Counted from the first letter of the stretch, positions 36,803 through 46,922 are shown. The stretch is 64,000 nt of DNA from Streptosporangiaceae bacterium NEAU-GS5 (GCA_017592665.1 JAGFNW010000027.1:28264-92263), one strand, 5' to 3'. Translations and numbers: made by a program. The notes: generated by a model not told the origin, from the letters alone.

Positions 36803-38308
36803 TCATTGTGCGAGTTCCACCGTCGGCATCCCGGTGAGGGCGATGAGAGCTTCGGCGAAGGCGTTGAGCGCTGCGGGGGAAACGTCGCCGGGCGACACGT
36901 CGGGTGAGATCTGCACGGTCAGGCCTCCTCGCGCATTGGCGCGTATGCCGATCCGCGTCGCGTCGAGGCCGACGATGACGCGGAACCAGGTTCGAACAGT
37001 TTCGTCCAGATCGTCGGTGAGCGGCAGGGGTGCCATCCGGTCGGCACCGACCGACTCAAGGATCGTCCACTCCTGTCCGCCGAGCTCGTCCAGTAACCGG
37101 GGGATGTCAGTGCTGACGACATAAAGGCAGCGCATCCCGACCCGAGACGCCGACCCCGTATGACAACCGGCCACCAAGGACCCCACCCCGAACGACGTCA
37201 GGGCCGCATTCACCCGAGGTGACTTGACGAAGTCCTTCGGCAGTCGCCAGGCAACGCTCAGTTCGATCAATTTGGTATCGGCGGAGTGGTGTATGGAGGC
37301 GCCGTTCACCACCCTGCCGTCGAGGGCGGGCGCGGCCATCGCGATCACCTGCTCGGCCACCGAATCGAGGTCTCCTGCTCTGAGGGCACTCAAGACCGGT
37401 CCCCACGCATCTGCATGTAGGTGGCCGAGCAACTCCCAGGCACACCCGCTGAGAATCGCTTGACGGGTGCGTTCACGGTGTTCCCGGGTCTCGGACCCGG
37501 GACAGGCCGCGACCAGGCCTTTGATCAGGCATGCCGCCAGTGGACCGAGATACGACCCGATTTCCGCGACGGGCACGCCGTAGTCACGGGCGCGGCGATG
37601 CAGCGTGTCCAGATCGCAGTCGGCCTGCGCGATCCAACCCTCGACGCGCAGGCGTTCCATGGCGCTGCCGGTGCCGTAAAGCGAGGGCAGCGCGCGAGCC
37701 AACCGCGTCAGTCCCTCCGCATGCTCGCGGATCTGGGTCAGGACGGCCGAGCGCCTGGCTTCGCGGCGCAGTTCGCTATGCGGATCACGCTCGATGACCG
37801 CGGACTCCACTCCCACGATCTCCAGGAAGCCGCCTGCCAACGTCGTCGCCCACTGCTCGACGATCGGAGCGATCTCGAAGCCGTGCCGTCTGACCTGCTC
37901 GTAGTCGAGATCAGCGAGTAACCTGCGAACGCGTCCGTCGAACTCGTTACGCAGCGTGGCCTCGTCCGTGAGCGTGCCGATGTCGTATTCCTCGACCCAT
38001 TCGATCAGTTCCTCGTCGTCGACGAAGGCCAGCCGCACCAGCGCGGTGACGGACAGTTGGACGAGCGCGCCGTCTCGCAGCCGAATCTGCGGGATCGTCG
38101 ACGAGTGGCGTACGACGCTCCGACTGAAGGTGACGATTTCGAGATGGCCGAGCAGCGGAACCCCGGACAGCGGGCCATGACGCCCCGGGCCGAGGACTCG
38201 GCGGCGAGGCCGGCCGTTGTGTTTGACCACCACACGTTCTGACGCGTCAACGGGGAATGCGCGCCTCGGCCATTCCTCCCAGGTGATCAGTAACCCAAGT
38301 GACATCAT
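36803..38308 (-). CDS. soluble SPFH/band-7-like domain protein with large C-terminal helical region
   Basis: N-terminal region 'VVVKHNGRPRRRVLGPGRHGPLSGVPLLGHLEIV...IRLRDGALVQLSVTALVRLAFVD...GGFLEIVGVESAVIERDP' follows the SPFH consensus. No TM segment. Convergent with the STAND gene, 64-bp gap. Confidence 0.6.
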   Translation of the reverse strand: MMSLGLLITWEEWPRRAFPVDASERVVVKHNGRPRRRVLGPGRHGPLSGVPLLGHLEIVTFSRSVVRHSSTIPQIRLRDGALVQLSVTALVRLAFVDDEELIEWVEEYDIGTLTDEATLRNEFDGRVRRLLADLDYEQVRRHGFEIAPIVEQWATTLAGGFLEIVGVESAVIERDPHSELRREARRSAVLTQIREHAEGLTRLARALPSLYGTGSAMERLRVEGWIAQADCDLDTLHRRARDYGVPVAEIGSYLGPLAACLIKGLVAACPGSETREHRERTRQAILSGCAWELLGHLHADAWGPVLSALRAGDLDSVAEQVIAMAAPALDGRVVNGASIHHSADTKLIELSVAWRLPKDFVKSPRVNAALTSFGVGSLVAGCHTGSASRVGMRCLYVVSTDIPRLLDELGGQEWTILESVGADRMAPLPLTDDLDETVRTWFRVIVGLDATRIGIRANARGGLTVQISPDVSPGDVSPAALNAFAEALIALTGMPTVELAQ

Positions 38309-38372
38309 CGCTCATTTCACACGCGGCCAGTGAGACCGGCCCGGCGGCGCTCACCGGAACGGTTTCGCCTCG

Positions 38373-39683
38373 TCACATTTCCCGGGTGTACAGATCGTCA
38401 TCTGCCATGCGCCGCAACCGGCGTGATCGCTGCTCCTGGTAGTACCGGTCGTCGGCGAGCTCGAGCCGGGCCATGTCGCGCATGTGCCGTCCGCGCTCGC
38501 GCATTCTTGTCCGCGCATTCGCGATCTTCTCGTCCTTGGTGAGGATGCGCAGCTCGGAGGCTTCCTCCAGCTCGGCCTCCCGGGCGGCGAGCAGATTCTC
38601 GTAAGGGCTTTTCCCGCCACTTCCCATGAGCGCCTTCCCGGCCACCGGAAGAACGTCGACCAGAATGATCAGCAAGGCGAGCACGAGATGGCGGAAGAAC
38701 ACCGAAGTGTGCTCACCACTCAGCGTCGACAACGCCTCCATACGAATGAGCAGTCCGTCGACCTCACGGTTGGCCGACTCCTCCAACGCGATTCTCTTGT
38801 CACGGTCGGCCTCGAGTTCGCGTTGTTTCAGACGCAACCTCTCTTCCTCTTCTTTGAGCGAGCGATCCTCGGCTGCTATCTTCTGGTCGATGCCCTTCAG
38901 CGTCGCGTTGAGATCGCGGACCGTATCCTGCTGGTCTCGCATCTGACTCTTCTTCTGTAGGGCCGAAGGGCCCTCGCCGGGAAGATGAGTGTTACTCTTG
39001 CCATCGATCTCATCGTCAAGCCTGGTCTGCAGCTTGTCTAGCTGTTCACCGGCATCCTTGATCTTTTGCTCCTGTCCCGCATGCTGATGCCGCAATTGCC
39101 GCAGGCGTTCCGAGGGCTGTCCGGCCGCCTTTATCTGCTGGTCCAGCGCGTTTATCTGCTGTGTTAGGTCGCTTCGGCCGACTGCCCTGTCGGCCTCGTC
39201 CATCCGCTCCCTCCTGATGGCGGCGACCTCGGCGGTTACCTCGGGCTCGAAGATGACCAGGATGAGCGGCTCGGAGATCGTTAGCCCCAAGATCACTGAC
39301 AGGAAAAGACGTGGAGCCAACGCCCCGATTTTCGCCTTACCGGACATCTTGGACCGATAGCTAGATACGAGCCACCGGTCAAGATTGAATATCGCGACAG
39401 CCCACAGCGCGCCAACGATCGCATTCACGGCGAAAGATGTCTTGAACGCCAAGGAGACAGAAACCACCATCGCCGTGCCGGCCATCACTGCCGTGGTGAC
39501 GACCCCGCCCCCCAATCCCTGATATCGGGTCGTCTCGGCTCGTGGACACCGGTCGAGTATGTCGCGGTCAGCACCGCTCGCAAAGATCATGAATCGCTCG
39601 ACGAAGCCGCGAGGGCCCTTCAAGCGGACCGGGGTGATGGATGAACGCATATCGGCGGACCCATTCACCGAATTGAGCGACAT
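38373..39683 (-). CDS. DUF4407-like membrane protein with long coiled coil
   Basis: N-terminus 'FASGADRDILDRCPRAETTRYQGLGGGVVTTAVMAG...FNLDRWLVSSY' matches the DUF4407 pattern (LSGA...P.ER.R...G..IL). Then 3 TM and about 200 aa of Glu/Arg/Gln coiled coil. Start uncertain (three in-frame Met). Confidence 0.65.
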   Translation of the reverse strand: MSLNSVNGSADMRSSITPVRLKGPRGFVERFMIFASGADRDILDRCPRAETTRYQGLGGGVVTTAVMAGTAMVVSVSLAFKTSFAVNAIVGALWAVAIFNLDRWLVSSYRSKMSGKAKIGALAPRLFLSVILGLTISEPLILVIFEPEVTAEVAAIRRERMDEADRAVGRSDLTQQINALDQQIKAAGQPSERLRQLRHQHAGQEQKIKDAGEQLDKLQTRLDDEIDGKSNTHLPGEGPSALQKKSQMRDQQDTVRDLNATLKGIDQKIAAEDRSLKEEEERLRLKQRELEADRDKRIALEESANREVDGLLIRMEALSTLSGEHTSVFFRHLVLALLIILVDVLPVAGKALMGSGGKSPYENLLAAREAELEEASELRILTKDEKIANARTRMRERGRHMRDMARLELADDRYYQEQRSRRLRRMADDDLYTREM

Positions 39684-40035
39684 GAAAGTCCCGTCAATCG
39701 TCGAAGGCGCATCCTATTGCGCAGGACAGTCTAGGCGGATAAGACCCCATCGTGCGCAGCCATAGGAATTCGGATCGGGCGGAGGACTGTTGTCCCCGGT
39801 GTGGGTGATGGGCTGGAACAGGACTGACCATGGAGCGGAGGCACCCGCCAAACCGACTCCTGTGGTGCGTGCTATTTCGCCGCGCCGCAACGCATCGAGC
39901 CACGACGCTCACCCACGCCGAGCACTCGGTCCAATTCCCGGCGCTCTACGCTTTGGAATCCCTCGAAACGCCCGCGGCCGCCGCACGACGCCGATCGACC
40001 AAAGAGAGACCTTGCGGGGTGATCTACCGGGTCAC

Positions 40036-40395
40036 CTAGAGCTTGATCTGATCGACGTGCTGTTCCACCCACGTGCGCAACAGCGCCAAGGGAACGGTCA
40101 CGCTCTGCCCCAAGGAGGTGAGGGCGTATTCCACATGCAGGGGGACGGCCGGATAGATGGTGCGGTCGAGGAAGCCCGCATCTTCGAGTCGCCGCAGTGT
40201 CTGAGTCAGCACCTTCGGGCTGACCCCCTGCAGGTGGCGTTGCAACGCGCCGAAGCGCTGCGGCCCGGCCTCCAGAGCGCCGATGACCAGGGCCGACCAC
40301 TTGTTGGCCAGCAGATCCAGCACGTCACGGCACGGGCAGAGCGCCGAGTAGACGTCATGATGGTCGTGCTCGCCGCTCTCACATCGCATCACCAC
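40036..40395 (-). CDS. HxlR family (winged-helix) transcriptional regulator
   Basis: 'CPCRDVLDLLANKWSALVIGALEAGPQRFGALQRHLQGVSPKVLTQTLRRLEDAGFLDR'. Confidence 0.85.
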   Translation of the reverse strand: MVMRCESGEHDHHDVYSALCPCRDVLDLLANKWSALVIGALEAGPQRFGALQRHLQGVSPKVLTQTLRRLEDAGFLDRTIYPAVPLHVEYALTSLGQSVTVPLALLRTWVEQHVDQIKL

Positions 40396-40505
40396 AGCCG
40401 ACCTCCTTACTTCCCAATAGATAGTAATCCTCCTTGCGGGTCACTACCATCCGGCAGATAGCTTGCGGTCGTCTCGAACGAGGACGGAACAACGAGGAGA
40501 CAGCC

Positions 40506-41471
40506 ATGAATGGATCGACGATGCGAGCGGTCAGCCAGTCGGAGTTCGGCGGCCCCGAGGTCCTGAAGGAGGTCGAAGAGGCCAAGCCTCAACCGCTGCC
40601 CACCGAGGTGCTGGTGCGCGTGCGCGCCGCAGGCGTCAACCCGGTGGACTGGAAGACCCGCGCCGGGCGCGGCATGGCGGGAGTGCTCGGCGAGCCGCCC
40701 TTCATCCTCGGGTGGGACGTGTCGGGTGTGGTGGAGGAGATCGGATTCGGCGTCACCGTGTGGAAGCCGGGCGACGAGGTGTACGGCATGCCCTGGTTCC
40801 CCCGCGCCGCCGGCGCCTACGCCGAATACGTGACCGCCCCGGCCCGCCAGTTCGCCCGCAAACCGGCCACGGTCAGCCACGAGCAGGCCGGCGCCGTGCC
40901 CCTTGCGGCCCTGACCGCGTGGCAGACGCTGGTCGACACCGCGCACGTCGAAGCGGGACAGCGGGTCCTGATCCACGCCGGCGGCGGCGGTGTGGGCCAT
41001 CTGGCGGTCCAGATCGCCCGCCACCTGGGCGCGTACGTCATCACCACGGCCAGCGCCGCCAAGCACCAGTGGCTGCGTGAGTTGGGCGCCGAGGAGACCA
41101 TCGACTACACGACGACCGCCTTCGAGGACGTCGTACATGACGTCGACGTGGTGCTCGACCTGGTGGGAGACGGGATCGACCACACCAGCCACCGCTCGCT
41201 GAAGGTGCTGCGCCCCGGCGGGCTCCTCATCGCGGTGCCCTCGGGCGCGGCGCACGATCTCCTGGACAGTGCCCACGCCGCCGGCGTGCGCGCCACCCCG
41301 TTCCTGGTCGAGCCGGACGGTACGGCTCTCGCCCGCATCGCCGATCTGATCGACCGTGGTGAGATCGCGGTCGAAGTCGAGGCGGTGCTGCCGCTGGGCC
41401 AAGCCGCCGAGGCGCACCAGCGCGGCGAGCAGGGCCGTACCCGTGGCAAGATCGTCCTCAGCCTCGGCTGA
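40506..41471 (+). CDS. NADPH:quinone oxidoreductase / MDR family zinc-type ADH-like
   Basis: Rossmann 'VLIHAGGGGVGHLAVQIA'. Divergent from HxlR. RBS GGAGA before ATG 40506. Confidence 0.85.
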   Translation: MNGSTMRAVSQSEFGGPEVLKEVEEAKPQPLPTEVLVRVRAAGVNPVDWKTRAGRGMAGVLGEPPFILGWDVSGVVEEIGFGVTVWKPGDEVYGMPWFPRAAGAYAEYVTAPARQFARKPATVSHEQAGAVPLAALTAWQTLVDTAHVEAGQRVLIHAGGGGVGHLAVQIARHLGAYVITTASAAKHQWLRELGAEETIDYTTTAFEDVVHDVDVVLDLVGDGIDHTSHRSLKVLRPGGLLIAVPSGAAHDLLDSAHAAGVRATPFLVEPDGTALARIADLIDRGEIAVEVEAVLPLGQAAEAHQRGEQGRTRGKIVLSLG

Positions 41472-41572
41472 GCCGGCCTCGACTTCGTGACCGACTCGCT
41501 CGATTCCGCCGGGCCCTATGCTGCGCAGTGCGGATGGCGGCGGACTCCGCCCGGCAGGAGCTGACGAGTCTG

Positions 41573-42592
41573 ATGCGAGCTGTATGGATCACCAAAGCAG
41601 GCGGACCTGAGGTGCTGACAGTACGGGAGACGGCCGACCCCGAGCCGGGCCCCGGTCAGATCCGGGTCCGGGTGCGGGCGGCCGGACTGAGCTTCTCCGA
41701 CGTGATGGCCCGCCAGGGCCTATACCCAGACGCGCCCAAACCCCCGTGCGTGGTCGGATACGAGATCGCCGGCGTCGTCGACAAGCTCGGTCCCGCTGTC
41801 ACCGCCTTTGCGGTCGGGACACGCGTCATGGCGTTGGTGCGGTTCGGCGGCCACGCCGACGTCGCCTGTCTTCCGGCCGAGCAGGCGGTGGAGATACCTG
41901 ACGAGATGGGTTTCGAGCAGGCCGCGGCCATCCCCGTCAACTATCTCACCGCCTATCACATGCTGTTCCGGGTCGCGAGCGTACGGCCGGGCGAGCGGGT
42001 CCTGGTTCACATGGCGGCCGGTGGCGTCGGGATCGCCGTCCTGCAGCTCTGCCGGACGATCGGCGGCGTCGTCACCTACGGCACCGCATCGGCCGGCAAG
42101 CACGATGTTCTGCGCGCGGAGGGCTGTACTCATCCGATCGACTACCACAGCGACGACTATGTCCGGCGGATCCGTGAGTTGACGGACGGTGAAGGCGTGG
42201 ATGTCGTGCTCGATCCGCTGGGCGGCGGCGACTGGAAGAAGGGGCTGTCCCTGCTGCGCCCGGCCGGCCGGCTTGTCGCCTACGGCTTCGCCAATCTGAG
42301 CGGCGGCGAGCGCCGCAGCCTCGGCCGGCTCATTCGACAGGCGCTCGGCGTGCCACTGATCACCCCGCTGGGGCTGATGGATCGCAACCGTACGGTCAGC
42401 GGCGTCAACCTCGGCCATCTGTGGGGTCAGATGACATTGATGCGCGAAGGACTCCAGGCCCTGGTCACGCTGTCACGTGCGGGAGATGTCACCCCGCGTA
42501 TCGACGCCGTCGTCCCGTTCGCGGACGCCGCACAGGCGCATCGCCGCATCATCCAGCACCGCAACATCGGCAAGATCGTCCTAATCCCCTGA
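41573..42592 (+). CDS. MDR family quinone oxidoreductase (second paralogue)
   Basis: 'VLVHMAAGGVGIAVLQL', same family as the upstream gene. ATG at 41573. Confidence 0.8.
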   Translation: MRAVWITKAGGPEVLTVRETADPEPGPGQIRVRVRAAGLSFSDVMARQGLYPDAPKPPCVVGYEIAGVVDKLGPAVTAFAVGTRVMALVRFGGHADVACLPAEQAVEIPDEMGFEQAAAIPVNYLTAYHMLFRVASVRPGERVLVHMAAGGVGIAVLQLCRTIGGVVTYGTASAGKHDVLRAEGCTHPIDYHSDDYVRRIRELTDGEGVDVVLDPLGGGDWKKGLSLLRPAGRLVAYGFANLSGGERRSLGRLIRQALGVPLITPLGLMDRNRTVSGVNLGHLWGQMTLMREGLQALVTLSRAGDVTPRIDAVVPFADAAQAHRRIIQHRNIGKIVLIP

Positions 42593-42642
42593 CCAGGAGA
42601 ATGGTGCCGTCCGCCGGCTACGAGCGAACGGCGTAGCCAGGT

Positions 42643-43428
42643 CTAGGAGCGCTCGATCGAGTCGTCCGGGGACCGCGTACGGATGACCTCCCATCCGTCG
42701 GCTCGCGCTAGATCGGCGAAGCGTACGGCGTCGTGGATGGCGGCGCCGCCCTGGTCGTTGTTGAAATAGACGTACGCCTGACGGCCGTCGCGGTCTTCGC
42801 CGTTCAGGGCCTCACCGATCCGCTGTAGCCAGCTTTCCAGGGCCTGGTCGCCGTATTGAGGCCAAGGGTGCGCGGCTCCCTCATGAAATCGCAGGTATAT
42901 CCAGTCGGTGGTGTGCCACAAGGGTGTCAGCGGCCTGCCGCGGCGGTCCGTCCAGCACAGCGCCGCCCCGTGCCGTTCCAGTACGGCGCGCACCTCCGAC
43001 GTCCACCACGACGGGTGGCGAGGCTCGACGGCGACGCGGACGTGGTCAGGGAAACAGCGCAGGCAGGATGCCAGGCGTTCGGCGTCGGCGGGCAGGGCCG
43101 GCGGCAGTTGGAGCAGGATCGGCCCGAGCTTGGCTCCAAGTCCATCGGCTGAGCGCATGAGACGGCGCACCGGCTCTTCGGGGTCCTTGAGCCGTTTCAT
43201 GTGGGTCAGGTAGCGGCTGGCCTTGACCGCCATCACGAAACCGGGTGGCGTGCTGTCACGCCAGCGCACGAAGACGTCTCGCGTGGGCAGCCGGTAGAAG
43301 GCGTTGTTGTTCTCAACCGTCGGAAAGTGGTCGCCATACCACTCCAGCCACTGCCGCTGCGGCACCTCGGCTGGATAGACCCGGCCACGCCAATCCTTGT
43401 ACTGCCATCCGGATGTGCCGATCAACAT
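42643..43428 (-). CDS. DUF72 (YecE-like) domain protein
   Basis: 'MLIGTSGWQYKDWRGRVYP' N-terminus, typical of DUF72. Confidence 0.8.
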   Translation of the reverse strand: MLIGTSGWQYKDWRGRVYPAEVPQRQWLEWYGDHFPTVENNNAFYRLPTRDVFVRWRDSTPPGFVMAVKASRYLTHMKRLKDPEEPVRRLMRSADGLGAKLGPILLQLPPALPADAERLASCLRCFPDHVRVAVEPRHPSWWTSEVRAVLERHGAALCWTDRRGRPLTPLWHTTDWIYLRFHEGAAHPWPQYGDQALESWLQRIGEALNGEDRDGRQAYVYFNNDQGGAAIHDAVRFADLARADGWEVIRTRSPDDSIERS

Positions 43429-43506
43429 CCTGGATCCCTTCCCCAGCCGCGACGTGGCATACAAGCCGTGCTGTTAGCCGCCATGCCGTACGGGAACAAG
43501 ACACCA

Positions 43507-44367
43507 ATGCCAGACGACCACAAAACGCCGCCACCTCAGAATCAGGAATACCCCGGTCACACCGGCGACATGGCCCCTGAGCCACGCGACGAGATGCGGC
43601 ACTACGCCGGCCGTGACCTGCTCAAAGACAAGGTCGCCCTGATCACCGGCGGCGACTCCGGGATCGGGCGGGCCGTCGCGGTCGCCTTCGCCAAGGAGGG
43701 CGCGGACGTCGCGATCGCCTATCTGAGCGAGGACGCCGACGCCGAGCACACCCGCAAACTCGTAGAAGAGACGGGGCGGCGCTGTCTGCCGCTCCGCGGC
43801 GACCTGTCCACCGCCGACCATTGCCAGAAGGTCGTGGACCGTGTGGTCGCGGAGTTCGGCGGCCTGAATGTGCTGGTCAACAACGTGGCTTACCAGGCGC
43901 CGGTCGACTCGCTGGGCGAGCTGAGCGACGAGCAGTGGGAATACACGTTCGCCGTCAACATCCACAGTTACTTCCGGGTGACGAAGGCGGCTCTGCGCCA
44001 CATGGGCGAGGGCTCGGCGATCGTCAACACGTCGTCCATCAACGGGCTGCGCGGGAACAAGACGCTGATCGACTATGCGGCGACCAAGGGCGCCATCAAC
44101 GCGTTCACCTACTCGATGGCGCAGAATCTCCTGGATCGCAAGATCCGCGTGAACGCGGTGGCGCCGGGTCCCGTGTGGACGCCGCTGATCCCGGCCACCT
44201 TCCCGCAGGAGAAGGTGGAGAAGTTCGGCGAGCAGGCCCCGATGAAGCGCGCCGCCGATCCTGACGAGATCGCGCCGTCGTATGTGTTCTTCGCTTCCGA
44301 GCGCCTGTCGTCCTACTACACGGGCGAGGTGCTGGCGCCCATCGGCGGCGAGACCCTGCCTGGCTGA
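43507..44367 (+). CDS. SDR family oxidoreductase (general-stress YhdF-like)
   Basis: 'ALITGGDSGIGRA' cofactor motif, 'NNVA' and catalytic 'YAATKGA'. ATG at 43507. Confidence 0.85.
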   Translation: MPDDHKTPPPQNQEYPGHTGDMAPEPRDEMRHYAGRDLLKDKVALITGGDSGIGRAVAVAFAKEGADVAIAYLSEDADAEHTRKLVEETGRRCLPLRGDLSTADHCQKVVDRVVAEFGGLNVLVNNVAYQAPVDSLGELSDEQWEYTFAVNIHSYFRVTKAALRHMGEGSAIVNTSSINGLRGNKTLIDYAATKGAINAFTYSMAQNLLDRKIRVNAVAPGPVWTPLIPATFPQEKVEKFGEQAPMKRAADPDEIAPSYVFFASERLSSYYTGEVLAPIGGETLPG

Positions 44368-44483
44368 GACCCGGCTGAGGCCCGGCTGAGCGAGCACTTT
44401 TCCCGGCCCGCTGACTGACACCACGACTGCTTGGGCCCGTAGCGGGCAGCCGTTCACGGTCGCCTGGTTGGGAGAGGTGAAGC

Positions 44484-46922
44484 ATGCCACAGAGAGATCG
44501 GATCGCCGAGCCGTGGGGGGTTCGCACACCGTACGAGCCGGGGGACGCCTGGCCGGTCCGGGTCGACTCCTACCTGAGAGAGGGCCTCAGCGCCGGTGAC
44601 GTGGACCGGTGGGTGCCGGCCGCCTCGCTGCTGCACTCCAACGGCGACGCCATGGACATCGCGGTCAAGGACGGGGCGATGGTCGGGGTGCGCGGCCGCG
44701 CCCACGACCGGGTCAACCGCGGCCGTCTCGATCCGAAGGACCTGTTCGGCTGGCAGGCCAACGCCTCCACCGACCGGCTCACCCGTCCTCTCGTACGCGA
44801 GGGCGACGAGCTCGTCGAGACCGACTGGGACACGGCGATGAGCCGGATCGTGGCACGGACCCGCGCGCTGCTGGACGAGCAGGGGCCGTCGGCGATCGGC
44901 TTCTACACCTCCGGGCAGCTGTTCCTGGAGGAGTCCTACACCGTGGCCGTCATCGCGCACGGCGGCATCGGCACCAACCACGTGGACGGCAACACCCGCC
45001 TGTGCACGGCCACCGCCGCCGAAGCGCTGAAGGAGTCGTTCGCCTGCGACGGCCAGCCGGGCTCGTACGAGGACGTCGACCACGCCGACGTGATCGCCCT
45101 GTTCGGGCACAACATGGCCGAGACGCAGCCGGTGCTGTGGAGCCGCGTGCTCGACCGGCTGGCCGGATCCCGGCCACCGGCCATCATCTGCGTCGACCCG
45201 CGGCCCACCCCCGTCGCGCGAGCGGCCGACGTTCATCTGGCCCCGCTGCCGGGCACCAACGTGGCGCTGATGAACGGCCTGCTACACGAGATCATCGCCC
45301 ACGGCTGGATCGACCGCGACTACCTCGACGCCCACGTGGTGGGCTTCGACGAGCTGGAGCAGCGCGTCAAGAAGTATCCGCCCGAACGCGTGGCGGAGAT
45401 CTGCCGCGTCCCGGCCGAGCAGATCCGGCGGGCGGCCGAGATCCTGGGCCGCGCCGAGCGGCTGCTGTCGACCGTGCTGCAGGGCTTCTATCAGTCCCAC
45501 CAGGCCACCGCCGCGGCCGTACAGGTCAACAACCTGCACCTGATCCGCGGCATGCTCGGTCGTCCGGGCTGCGGCGTCCTGCAGATGAACGGCCAGCCCA
45601 CCGCCGAGAACACCCGCGAGTGCGGCGCCGACGGCGACCTGCCGGGCTTTCGCAACTGGTCCAACGACGCGCACGTCGCCGACCTCGCGAAGGTGTGGAA
45701 CCTCGAGCCGGAGCAGATCCCGCACTACGCGCCGCCGACCCATCTCATGCAGATGATGCGGTACGCCGAGGAGGGCTCGATCCGCATGCTGTGGGTGATG
45801 GGCACCAATCCCGCGGTGTCCCTGCCGGAGCTGCACCGGATCCGCTCGATCCTGTCGCAGGAGCGGCTGTTCCTGGTCGTGCAGGACCTCTTCCTCACCG
45901 AGACGGCCCGGTTCGCCGACGTCGTACTGCCCGCCGCGACGTGGGGCGAGAAGACCGGCACCCAGACCAACGCCGACCGCACGGTGCACCTGTCGGAGAA
46001 GGCCGTGGAGCCGCCCGGCGAGGCCCGCTCCGACCTCGACATCTTCCTCGACTTCGCGGCCCGGCTGGATCTGCGGGACAAGGACGGCGGTCCGCTCGTG
46101 ACGTGGAAGGACCCGGAGTCGGCGTTCGAGGCGTGGAAGGAGTGCAGCCGCGGCCGTCCCTGCGACTACAGCGCCATGACGTACGGCAAGCTGCGCGAAC
46201 GCGGCGGCATCCAGTGGCCGTGCGACGCCGAGCACCCCGACGGGACCGAACGGCTCTACGCCGGCGGCCGGTTCTACAGCGACCCGGACTACTGCGAGAC
46301 CTACGGCCGCGACCTGGTCACCGGCGCCCCCGTGGAGCCCACCGAATATCGCGCCATGAACCCGGGCGGCAGAGCCGTCATCAAGGCCGCCGAACATCTG
46401 CCGCCACACGAACTGCCCAGCGAGGAACATCCGCTGGTCCTCATCACCGGCCGCACCCTGTACCACTTCCATACGAGGACCAAGACCGCACGCGCCCCGC
46501 AACTCCAACAGGCCGCGCCGGATGTGTGGGCCGAACTGTCCGAGCCGGACGCGCGGCTGGCGGGCGTCACCGAGGGCGACCTGCTGGAGATCGCGACCCC
46601 GCGCGGCACGGTCCAGGCCGCCGCGCGGATCACCGGCATCCGCGAAGGAGTGGTCTTCCTGCCGTTCCACTACGGCTACTGGGACACCGACTCCAGGTCC
46701 AATGATCGCGCCGGCAACGAGCTGACCATCACCGACTGGGATCCCGCGTCCAAGCAACCCATCAACAAGACGGCCGCGGCCCGCGTACGGCTGCTGGAGC
46801 GCCGGGACGCCCCGGCCCCGGCGCCCACCACGACCGCCTCGGCGCCCAGGACGGCCAGCATCCCACCGACCGCCGGCGCGCCGGGGGCCACCGCCGATGA
46901 GGACCTGGCAGGTGCGATGTGA
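44484..46922 (+). CDS. molybdopterin-dependent oxidoreductase (MopB superfamily) lacking N-terminal Fe-S cysteine motif
   Basis: 812 aa with MopB-family layout. The N-terminal region has 'LLHSNGDAMD' where CxxCxxxC normally sits. RBS GGGAGAGGTG precedes ATG 44484. Confidence 0.8.
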   Translation: MPQRDRIAEPWGVRTPYEPGDAWPVRVDSYLREGLSAGDVDRWVPAASLLHSNGDAMDIAVKDGAMVGVRGRAHDRVNRGRLDPKDLFGWQANASTDRLTRPLVREGDELVETDWDTAMSRIVARTRALLDEQGPSAIGFYTSGQLFLEESYTVAVIAHGGIGTNHVDGNTRLCTATAAEALKESFACDGQPGSYEDVDHADVIALFGHNMAETQPVLWSRVLDRLAGSRPPAIICVDPRPTPVARAADVHLAPLPGTNVALMNGLLHEIIAHGWIDRDYLDAHVVGFDELEQRVKKYPPERVAEICRVPAEQIRRAAEILGRAERLLSTVLQGFYQSHQATAAAVQVNNLHLIRGMLGRPGCGVLQMNGQPTAENTRECGADGDLPGFRNWSNDAHVADLAKVWNLEPEQIPHYAPPTHLMQMMRYAEEGSIRMLWVMGTNPAVSLPELHRIRSILSQERLFLVVQDLFLTETARFADVVLPAATWGEKTGTQTNADRTVHLSEKAVEPPGEARSDLDIFLDFAARLDLRDKDGGPLVTWKDPESAFEAWKECSRGRPCDYSAMTYGKLRERGGIQWPCDAEHPDGTERLYAGGRFYSDPDYCETYGRDLVTGAPVEPTEYRAMNPGGRAVIKAAEHLPPHELPSEEHPLVLITGRTLYHFHTRTKTARAPQLQQAAPDVWAELSEPDARLAGVTEGDLLEIATPRGTVQAAARITGIREGVVFLPFHYGYWDTDSRSNDRAGNELTITDWDPASKQPINKTAAARVRLLERRDAPAPAPTTTASAPRTASIPPTAGAPGATADEDLAGAM

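Noticed and set aside
44368-44483. Short direct repeat 'cccggctgag' x2 upstream of the molybdoenzyme gene
   Set aside because: Only two 10-bp copies in an intergenic region, too short to interpret. It could be part of the promoter.
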